Shown in pieces: positions 25,364 to 32,000 of a stretch of 32,000 bases of DNA. The position numbers and the translations under genes are program-made. Position 1 is the first letter of the stretch. Every line of letters begins with the position of its first letter. The stretch lies in the NCBI GenBank assembly GCA_963843975.1, contig CAWJMG010000003.1, positions 1,980,001 through 2,012,000 of the forward strand. Reading direction: 5' to 3'. Source of the DNA: an uncultured Actinomycetes bacterium. Its GTDB lineage: Bacteria; Actinomycetota; Actinomycetes; S36-B12; CAIYMF01. The notes below the pieces were generated by a model. It had not been told where the DNA came from. It ran no database searches and saw only the letters and a list, made by a program, of their open reading frames with translations.

Positions 25364-26362
25364 TCAGACCCGGACGCCGGACAGGCGGGCGTGGTCGATG
25401 ACGACGGCGGCCGGCGGTGCGACGAGCCGCAGCGTCGTGAGCGCCGACTCCCCGAACGCGTTCGGCGCCGAGCTCGACAGCGCGAGGACGCCGAGGAGCC
25501 GTCCGCCCGCTCGCAGCGGCATCGAGAGGAACGTCGCGAGGCCCGGGTTCTCGACCGTGTCCGCGTCCGCAGCGCCGAGGCGCCCGTGCGGGTCGGCGAT
25601 CATCGGCAGCAGCTCGTGCGCGGCCGTGGGCACTCCGCTCGCCTGCTCGGCGGCCTGGGCGATCGCGTCGAGCATCTCGAGGTACTGCTGGTCGGTGACG
25701 TCGCGGGCGACCGAGACGTACGTCGCGTCCGGCGCCTCCCGGTGCGGGTCGAGCAGCAGGACGGCGGCGAGGTCGCAGTCGACGATCGCCTCCATCGCCT
25801 GCAGCACGGCCGCGACCGTCTCCTCGAACCCGTGCACGTCGGCCGCGATGGTCGTGACGTCCTGCGTCACCGACGCCTCGAACAGCTTGCGGTCGAGCAG
25901 GTCGCAGACGCGCGCGAGCACGTCGTCGTCGCTCAGCTCGATCGGGTCGGCCTTCATCGAGGGTCGGCCGCCACGCGCCCGCTCGGCGGTGAGGATCGCG
26001 CCGCGGACGGCGTCGACGAGCTCCGGGGCCTCGAAGTCCTTCGTGAGGAACCGCTCGGCACCTGCGCGGGCACCCCAGTAGCGGTCGCTCGCGGCGTTGA
26101 GCGAGGTGAGGAACAGCACCGGCATGTCCGCCGTCTGCCAGTCGTCCTTGAGCACGCGCGCGGCGACGTAGCCGGACACGCGCGGCATCTGGACGTCGAG
26201 GATCACGACGTCGGGCATCGTGCGGAAGACGGCCTGCACCGCCTCGACGCCGTCCTCGGCGAGGACCACCTCGAAGCCGGCGTCGCCGAGCACGCCCGCC
26301 ACGATGCGTCGCAGGGTGGGGCTGTCGTCCGCCACTACCGCCGTGGGCTTCCCGTACGTCAT
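25364..26362 (-). CDS. response regulator, receiver (REC) domain fused to a GAF-like domain, no recognisable output domain
   Basis: ATG at 26362 follows RBS gaggaagg. The REC domain reads AVVADDSPTLRRIV...DVVILDVQMPRVSGY...PVLFLTS...GAERFLTKDF. The C-terminal half reads ...AVLQAMEAIVDCDLAAVLLLD...FLSMPLRAGGRLLGVLALSS, which is GAF-like by pattern. Confidence 0.75.
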   Translation of the reverse strand: MTYGKPTAVVADDSPTLRRIVAGVLGDAGFEVVLAEDGVEAVQAVFRTMPDVVILDVQMPRVSGYVAARVLKDDWQTADMPVLFLTSLNAASDRYWGARAGAERFLTKDFEAPELVDAVRGAILTAERARGGRPSMKADPIELSDDDVLARVCDLLDRKLFEASVTQDVTTIAADVHGFEETVAAVLQAMEAIVDCDLAAVLLLDPHREAPDATYVSVARDVTDQQYLEMLDAIAQAAEQASGVPTAAHELLPMIADPHGRLGAADADTVENPGLATFLSMPLRAGGRLLGVLALSSSAPNAFGESALTTLRLVAPPAAVVIDHARLSGVRV

Positions 26363-26453
26363 GTCGTCGCCTTCCTCGTCCTTGTCGTCGCGGGTCCCGC
26401 CGTACGACCTGTGCTCCCCGTGCTGGTGGTGCTGGTCCCTGTCGCCATCGCGC

Positions 26454-28691
26454 TCACCGACCCACGAGCCGGCGCACGGTGTCGACCAGGGCGCGCTGGT
26501 CGAACTCCTTCTTGAGCAGGTACGCGTCCGCACCCGCATCGAGCCCTGCGCGCTTGTCGGCGTCGTCGCCGCGCGAGGTCATGATCACGACCGGGACGTT
26601 CTCCCAGCCGCGCGTCTTGCGGATCGTGCGGGTCAGCGTGAACCCGTCCATGCCCGGCATCTCGACGTCCGAGAGCACGAGGTCGACAGGGCCGCCCTGC
26701 AGCCGCGATGCGCCGTCGAGGCCGTCGACGGCGGTGACGACGTCGTACCCGGCGCCCTCGAGGATCGACCGCTGCAGCTCGCGGACGCCGAGCGAGTCCT
26801 CGACGACGAGCACCCTGGCGCGTCCCTCCCCCTCACGGGAGGGGCGTGGGGTGGGCTGCTCGTCGCCCGTCATGGTCGCCACGGCTGCGTGGTCCGCAGC
26901 GGCGGCGGAGCCGAGGGCGGAGGTGCCCGTCCAGCGGGCGGCCAGCTCGCGCAGGTCGACGAGCAGGAGCACCGAGCCGTCGTCGTCGATCGTGGCGCCG
27001 GCGGTTCCGGGCACGCGGCCGAGGAAGTCGCCGAGGCTCTTCACGACGACCTCCCGCTCGGACTCGACCTCGTCGACGGCCCAGGCCACCGACTCACCGG
27101 TGAGCCGGGCGACGACGGCCGCGCGCGGAGCGCGGGCGCCGACGACGCCGAGGACCTCGCCGAGGTCGGCGAGCGGCATCGTGGTGCTGGAGCCCTCGCG
27201 GGAGATGACCAGGGACCCGGCCACGTCGTGGACGGCGACGTCGCCGAGCGACAGCGTCTCGACGACGCCGGCGAGCGGCACGGCGTACCGCTCGGTGCCG
27301 CAGCGCACGAGCAGGCAGCGGGCGACGCCGAGCGTGACGGGGAGCGTGAGGACGAAGCGGGTGCCGGTGCCGAGCGCGCTGACGACCTCGATCGTGCCGC
27401 CCAGCTCCTGCACGGCGGTACGCACGACATCGAGGCCGACGCCGCGGCCCGAGGTCGTCGTCACGTCCTCGCGGGTGCTGAACCCTGCCTCGAACAGCAC
27501 CTGGTGCAGCACCGAGCCCGCTGCGGTCGTGCCCTCGGGCAGGTAGCCGCGGCGTACGGCGACGTCACGGAGCAGGCCGTCATCGACGCCCACGCCGTCG
27601 TCCTCGACCTCGACGACCACGGACGAGCCGGCGTTGCGTGCGGTGAGCGTGACGGTGGCCCGGCGGGGCTTGCCCGTGGCTACGCGGACGTCGGGCGTCT
27701 CGCACCCGTGGTCGACCGCGTTCGTGACGAGGTGGCGCAGGGCGTCGGCGACGCCGTCGAGCACGCGCACGTCGAGCTCGACGTCCGCGCCGACGAGCAC
27801 CAGCTCGACGTCCTTGCCGGAGGCGCCGGCGACCTCGCGGACGAGGGCGGGGAAGGCTGCGGCCACCCGGCGCACGGGCACCATCGCGAGGCCCATGGCT
27901 CCGTCGCGCACCCGGGCGAGGCGGTTGCCCGCGTCCTCGGTGCGCGAGCGCAGATCCCGCGTCGACGCGTGCAGGCGGTCGCTGACGCCGACCATCGCGG
28001 TGACGCAGTCGCCGAGCTCACCGGCGGCGGCACCGCGCAGCAGGGCGGCCCGCAGTGCCTTGACGAGGCCCTGGTGCTCGGCGAGGAGATCGGTGAGCTC
28101 ACGGGTGTGGCGCTCGACCCGGCGCACGTCGAGCTCGGCCTCGCCCACGACGTCGAGCAGGCCGTGGACGCGGCGGGTCGGCACACGAACCTGGTCGCCG
28201 AGGCGCCCGCCCGCGACGGGCTGGTGCGCCTCCGCGTCGGCGTCGTGGTGCTCGGCGGCGTCGACCGCCTCGACGGCGGGCAGGCGCGGCACGTCGACGT
28301 GCTCGCGGCCGGCGATCGCGGCGTCGAGCGAGGCGAGGGCTTCCGCGCGGATGGCGGGCGGAACGGCCCAGTCCTCGCCAGGCACCCAGCGCGAGAGCAG
28401 CTCGGTCGTGACGAGCAGGAGGTCGATGATGTCGCGGCGCGCGGCGACCCGGCCGTCGCGCACGCGCGTGAGCAGGTCCTCGGCACGGTGGGCCAGCTCG
28501 ACGACGTCGGACGCCCCGAACATCGTCGCGGAGCCCTTGAGCGTGTGCGCGTCGCGCATGAGCACGGTGGCGGCCTGACGCGGCTGGGCGGACCCCTCGA
28601 GCACGAGGAGCCCGTCACGCAGCGACGCGGAGCGCTCCGCCGCCTCGTGACGGAAGCTCGCCGCGAGCTCCGGGTTGTCCGACCAGGCCAT
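26454..28691 (-). CDS. cheA: hybrid chemotaxis histidine kinase CheA (HPt - dimerisation - HATPase - CheW-like - REC)
   Basis: Track ORF of 745 aa. The HPt domain is LMRDAHTLKGSATMFG. The ATPase region reads HLVTNAVDHG...VEDDGVGVD...GRGVGLDVVRTAVQELGGTIEVVSALGTGTRFVLTLP. The P5 (CheW-like) domain reads ERYAVPLAGVVE. The C-terminal REC reads RVLVVEDSLGVRE...DLVLSDVEMPGMDGF...PVVIMTS...GADAYLLK. Confidence 0.9.
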   Translation of the reverse strand: MAWSDNPELAASFRHEAAERSASLRDGLLVLEGSAQPRQAATVLMRDAHTLKGSATMFGASDVVELAHRAEDLLTRVRDGRVAARRDIIDLLLVTTELLSRWVPGEDWAVPPAIRAEALASLDAAIAGREHVDVPRLPAVEAVDAAEHHDADAEAHQPVAGGRLGDQVRVPTRRVHGLLDVVGEAELDVRRVERHTRELTDLLAEHQGLVKALRAALLRGAAAGELGDCVTAMVGVSDRLHASTRDLRSRTEDAGNRLARVRDGAMGLAMVPVRRVAAAFPALVREVAGASGKDVELVLVGADVELDVRVLDGVADALRHLVTNAVDHGCETPDVRVATGKPRRATVTLTARNAGSSVVVEVEDDGVGVDDGLLRDVAVRRGYLPEGTTAAGSVLHQVLFEAGFSTREDVTTTSGRGVGLDVVRTAVQELGGTIEVVSALGTGTRFVLTLPVTLGVARCLLVRCGTERYAVPLAGVVETLSLGDVAVHDVAGSLVISREGSSTTMPLADLGEVLGVVGARAPRAAVVARLTGESVAWAVDEVESEREVVVKSLGDFLGRVPGTAGATIDDDGSVLLLVDLRELAARWTGTSALGSAAAADHAAVATMTGDEQPTPRPSREGEGRARVLVVEDSLGVRELQRSILEGAGYDVVTAVDGLDGASRLQGGPVDLVLSDVEMPGMDGFTLTRTIRKTRGWENVPVVIMTSRGDDADKRAGLDAGADAYLLKKEFDQRALVDTVRRLVGR

Positions 28692-28700
28692 GGGGACGCC

Positions 28701-30272
28701 TCACGCCACCCGGAAGCGCTGGATCGACTCGCGCAGCTCGGACGACAGCATGGTGAGCTGGGCGGCCGCCGCGGCGGACTGCTTGGAGCCGACGGCGTAC
28801 TGGCGCGACACGTCCGACACCTGCGTCATCGCCGCGACCACCTGGTCGGACGCCGAGCGCTGCTGCTGGGTCGCGATCGAGATCTCCTTGGCCGCGGTGG
28901 TGGTCTCGTCGACCATGCCGGAGATGCGCTCGAGCGCCTCGACGACCTCGCGGGCGAGCTCGGCGCCGGCGTGGACCTCCTTGCTGCCGTCCTCGGTGGC
29001 GAGGATGGTCGCGTGGGTCTCGGTCTGGATCTGGGCCACGATCGCCTGGATCTGCCCGGCCGACTCCTGCGAGCGCTCGGCGAGCTTGCGCACCTCGGTG
29101 GCGACGACGGCGAAGCCGCGGCCGTGCTCGCCGGCACGCGCGGCCTCGATGGCGGCGTTGAGCGCGAGCAGGTTGGTCTGGTCGGCGAGGTCGTCGATCA
29201 CCTCGAGGATCCGGCCGATCTCCTGGCTCTTCTCCCCCAGCGACAGCGCGCGGGTGGCGATGGAGTCCACGCGGTCGGCGATCTGGTCCATGGAGTACAC
29301 CGACGCGGCGACGGCCTGACGGCCCTCCTCCGCGTGGCGCAGGGTCTCGGCGGCGTACCGGGCGACGGCCTCGGCGGTGTCGGCGATCTGCGCGGCGGTG
29401 GCCGCGAGCTCCTCGATGGTCGAGGTGGTCTCGGCGACGGCGGACGACTGCTGCGTGGCGCTGGCCGCGTGCTCCTCGGCGTTGGCGAGCAGCTCGGTGG
29501 CGCTGGCGGCGATCTGCTCGCCACCGCTGCGCACCTGCTCCACGAGCGTGGCGAGGTTCTCGAGCGCCTCGTTGACCGAGGTCGACAGCACCGCGACGGT
29601 GTCGATGTCGCCGCCTTCACCCTCTGCGAGCGCTGCGACGTCGATACGGGCGGACAGGTCGCCGGCGGCGGCGCGCTCGAGCTGCTCGGTGAGCGCGTCG
29701 ACGCGGGCCGACAGCTCGCTGCGCTCACGCGACGACCGGCTGCCGAAAGCGAGGACCGCCTCGACGAGCTGGCCGCCGATGAGCGTCATCGCCGGCAGGG
29801 CGACGAGCGCAAGGAGGCCGAGCGGGAGGGCCGAGCCGGTCCAGGTGCCGGTCACGGTGCCGGTGAACGCGACGCTCGCCGAGAGCAGCAGCGCGAACAG
29901 AGGCAGGGTCCAGCGCGAGAACAGCAGCGAGGCGAAGAGGACGTTGACGGCGAGCAGCACCGAGGCGGAGCCGAGCAGGCCGCCGGAGGCCACAGCCAGG
30001 CCGGTGATGTAGACGACGTTGGTGACGAGCAGGACGCGACCCACCTTGAGGGCCTGGTCGAGCACGGCTCCCGAGCGGTGGGCGCGCCAGGCGAGGTACG
30101 ACGTGAGCCCGGCGAGGGCCGCGCCGAAGCCCGTCCACGCCCAGGTCTGCACCAGGTCGACCGATGCGGCGGGCACGAACTGCAGCGTCAGGTACGCCGA
30201 GACGAGGCCGAGGACGACGCACCCCCAGGTGGCGACGCCCGCGATGACCGCGATGCGCTTGCTGAACTCCAC
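28701..30272 (-). CDS. methyl-accepting chemotaxis protein with a 6-TM N-terminal module and no periplasmic ligand-binding domain
   Basis: I prefer the GTG at 30272 (RBS gggag); the track ORF starts 12 codons earlier at 30308. The first 200 aa contain about six hydrophobic helices, then a HAMP-like linker. The MCP signalling core reads [43 protein letters not shown]. Confidence 0.85.
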   Translation of the reverse strand: MEFSKRIAVIAGVATWGCVVLGLVSAYLTLQFVPAASVDLVQTWAWTGFGAALAGLTSYLAWRAHRSGAVLDQALKVGRVLLVTNVVYITGLAVASGGLLGSASVLLAVNVLFASLLFSRWTLPLFALLLSASVAFTGTVTGTWTGSALPLGLLALVALPAMTLIGGQLVEAVLAFGSRSSRERSELSARVDALTEQLERAAAGDLSARIDVAALAEGEGGDIDTVAVLSTSVNEALENLATLVEQVRSGGEQIAASATELLANAEEHAASATQQSSAVAETTSTIEELAATAAQIADTAEAVARYAAETLRHAEEGRQAVAASVYSMDQIADRVDSIATRALSLGEKSQEIGRILEVIDDLADQTNLLALNAAIEAARAGEHGRGFAVVATEVRKLAERSQESAGQIQAIVAQIQTETHATILATEDGSKEVHAGAELAREVVEALERISGMVDETTTAAKEISIATQQQRSASDQVVAAMTQVSDVSRQYAVGSKQSAAAAAQLTMLSSELRESIQRFRVA

Positions 30273-30353
30273 GACTGCTCCCGCACTACGCCGCGCGAGA
30301 CCCCCCACGGGTCCCTACGTGGTTGTCGGCAGCCCTGGCGTCACCTGAAGGGG

Positions 30354-30872
30354 TCAACGGGGTCGGGATGCGTGACCGCGGGCGAGGCCCAGCACGGCCT
30401 GCGCGTCGAGCACGGCCACCGGCCCGGTGGCCGACCCGTCGTCCGCGAGGCCCACGACGAGGTCCGAGGCCTCCGACGCGAGCGTGAGCGGCGCCCGCTC
30501 GTGGTCGTCGGGCACCTCGATCAGGCCCAGGACCTGGTCGGCCACGATGCCGACCTCGACGTCGTCCGAGCGCACCACGACGACGCGGGCGCTGGAGGCC
30601 AGCGGGGTCGCCGCGATGCCGAGCAGCGGCCTCAGGTCGGCCACGGGGAGCACGTGGCCCCGCCAGTTGCCCACGCCGAGCAGCCAGGACGGTCCGGCAG
30701 GGACGCGCGTGAGGCCCGGCACGGGTACGACCTCGACCACGTGCGCGGCACCCACGGCGTACCGGCCCGCACCCAGGCGCACGACGACGTGCTCGTGCCC
30801 GACGACGGCGTCCACGTCGACGACGTCGTCGTCGAACCAGGTCGGCGCCGGGTCGGCGGGGTGAAGGCTCAC
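30354..30872 (-). CDS. cheW: CheW-like coupling protein
   Basis: The GTG at 30872 lies 7 nt after the upstream gene's stop. The sequence reads VVRLGAGRYAVGAAHVVEVVPVPGLTRVPAGPSWLLGVGNWRGHVLPVADLRPLLG...VVVVRSDDVEVGIVADQVLGLIEV. Confidence 0.8.
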   Translation of the reverse strand: MSLHPADPAPTWFDDDVVDVDAVVGHEHVVVRLGAGRYAVGAAHVVEVVPVPGLTRVPAGPSWLLGVGNWRGHVLPVADLRPLLGIAATPLASSARVVVVRSDDVEVGIVADQVLGLIEVPDDHERAPLTLASEASDLVVGLADDGSATGPVAVLDAQAVLGLARGHASRPR

Positions 30873-30879
30873 ACGTCCG

Positions 30880-31347
30880 TCATCGGACGTCGGCGGCGTC
30901 CCCTGTAGGGGGAACGGGGTCGCCGAAGCCCTCGAAGGGGCCCGCGAGGCGGCCGCCGCGCTCCTCGGCCATGAGCTCGGCGTGGCCCTCGGGCAGCCGC
31001 CAGACCAGTGCGAGGAGGCCGAGGACGAAAGCCAGGCCGAGGTACCAGTAGCTGCGAGGGACGTCGGGCAGCAGGACGTCGCCGCCAGGGGCGACGAGCA
31101 GGACGACCGCCGAGGCCACGAACCAGCCAGCCAGCAGGACACCGGCGGTCGGACGCGAGCCCGTGCTCCAGAGGGTGGCCCGCACCGCGACGCCGAGCGA
31201 GACGGCCATGAGGACGAGACCCCAGGGCAGCATCACCGAGCCCACGGGCGTGCGGGCGGCCGACACGACCGAGCCGACGAGGCCCAGCAGGACGCCGAGG
31301 AACCCCATGAGCACGACCGTGGTGGGGTTCGCCCGGGACGTCGTCAC
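30880..31347 (-). CDS. 4-TM integral membrane protein, hypothetical
   Basis: Track ORF of 155 aa. Its GTG start overlaps the FtsH-like gene's stop (GTGA). It has four hydrophobic segments and an acidic, Pro-rich cytoplasmic tail. Confidence 0.65.
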   Translation of the reverse strand: MTTSRANPTTVVLMGFLGVLLGLVGSVVSAARTPVGSVMLPWGLVLMAVSLGVAVRATLWSTGSRPTAGVLLAGWFVASAVVLLVAPGGDVLLPDVPRSYWYLGLAFVLGLLALVWRLPEGHAELMAEERGGRLAGPFEGFGDPVPPTGDAADVR

Positions 31348-32000
31348 ATGTCGAGGGTAACCGCGGCCTCCGTGCGGACAGCAGCGGCACGGACGTCGAC
31401 GACGGTGTCGGCCTCGGCCTTGGCCGCCGACGCTGCCTCGAGGATGTCGGTGATCTCCCGGCCGATGAGCTCGTGGCGCTCGACGAGCGCGTCGCGCAGC
31501 GCCTCGACGAGGTGACGGTTCTCGTTCAGGAGGGCGAGCGTGTACGCCTTCTGCGCCTGCAGCAGCTTCTCGACCCGCGCGCGTCCCTCGGCGTCGCCGA
31601 GCACCTTGCCGACCAGGTTGGTGTCGCTGAGGGCCGAGCCCTGCACGGCGGCGTAGGAGATCAGCGTGTCGGTCATGCCGGCGGAGCCGATCATCTGCGC
31701 GGCCACGTTGGTCGCGTAGAGCAGGTCGCCCGCCGGTCCGGTGCTGATGTCGTCGAAGAAGAGCTCCTCGGCCGCCTGACCGCCCATGGCGATCTGCATG
31801 AGCGCGATCATCTCCGAGCGAGAGCGCGTGAAGACGTCCTCGGCGTCGCCATGAGCGAGCATGCCCAGGGCGTCCTTGCGCTTGATGATCGTGAGCACCT
31901 CGAGGCGGCGCTGCGGCGCGGTGAGCCAGGCGGCGACCGCGTGGCCGGCCTCGTGCGTCGCGATGAGGCGCTGCTCGTGCGGGGTGTAGGCGACGGGCTG
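31344..32000 (-). CDS. ftsH: FtsH-like ATP-dependent zinc metalloprotease, C-terminal M41 peptidase domain (N-terminal part lies beyond the window)
   Basis: Manual extension to the window edge gives QPVAYTPHEQRLIATHEAGHAVAAWL (HExxH). It continues VLTIIKRKDALGML...MGGQAAEELFFDDISTGPAGDLLYATNVAAQMIGSAGM. This is diverged from housekeeping FtsH, so it may be a paralogue. Confidence 0.8.
   Translation of the reverse strand, partial: QPVAYTPHEQRLIATHEAGHAVAAWLTAPQRRLEVLTIIKRKDALGMLAHGDAEDVFTRSRSEMIALMQIAMGGQAAEELFFDDISTGPAGDLLYATNVAAQMIGSAGMTDTLISYAAVQGSALSDTNLVGKVLGDAEGRARVEKLLQAQKAYTLALLNENRHLVEALRDALVERHELIGREITDILEAASAAKAEADTVVDVRAAAVRTEAAVTLDM

Noticed and set aside
26363-26453. An in-frame His/Asp-rich extension (GERDGDRDQHHQHGEHRSYGGTRDDKDEEGDD) lies upstream of the REC-GAF gene.
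   Set aside because: There is no ATG/GTG/TTG in this stretch. The only upstream start lies inside cheA. A strong RBS (gaggaagg) serves the ATG at 26362.
26220-30908. A 1562-aa plus-strand ORF. Similar giant ORFs occur at 4001..6820 (minus), 3943..6240 (plus), 16203..18242 (plus) and elsewhere.
   Set aside because: They run antisense to or out of frame with clearly recognisable genes (cheA, the MCP, folP, dapC). Their translations are Arg/Gly/Ala/Pro-rich low-complexity sequence. Stop-poor alternative frames are expected at this GC content.

Overview
This is a very GC-rich (roughly 70% or more, judged by eye, not computed) actinobacterial chromosomal segment. The gene order mirrors the mycobacterial sigE-rseA / O-methyltransferase / DUF3117 / tag / DivIVA-like / folP2 / LOG / dapE-dapD / gltA / dapC-fdxA neighbourhood, so most of the window is conserved core genome. 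Three things stand out. (1) At 25.3-32.0 kb on the minus strand there is a tightly coupled chemosensory-like operon: FtsH-like M41 protease, 4-TM protein, CheW, an MCP with a 6-TM sensor module, a CheA-CheW-REC hybrid kinase and a REC-GAF response regulator. No cheB, cheR, stand-alone cheY or motility genes are in view. This is my best candidate for an uncharacterised signalling system. (2) At least four otherwise well-conserved genes (sigE, gltA, a GNAT acetyltransferase and an M16-like peptidase) are broken by apparent single-base insertions. Three of the break points lie in a GAAGCT context. This looks more like sequence or assembly error than biology, but it needs checking. (3) A small accessory or decaying patch at 18.2-21.9 kb holds an intact IS30-family element with 15-bp terminal inverted repeats next to the broken GNAT and M16 genes. 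Non-coding structure includes a roughly 52-bp repeat in inverted orientation on both sides of dapD, several long hairpins between convergent genes, an 11-bp tandem GTTCAC direct repeat resembling an OmpR/PhoP-family binding site, and an AT-rich operator-like region upstream of wrbA. I found no rRNA, tRNA or CRISPR array. The many long Arg/Ala/Gly/Pro-rich ORFs in the track are antisense or out-of-frame artefacts of the GC content.
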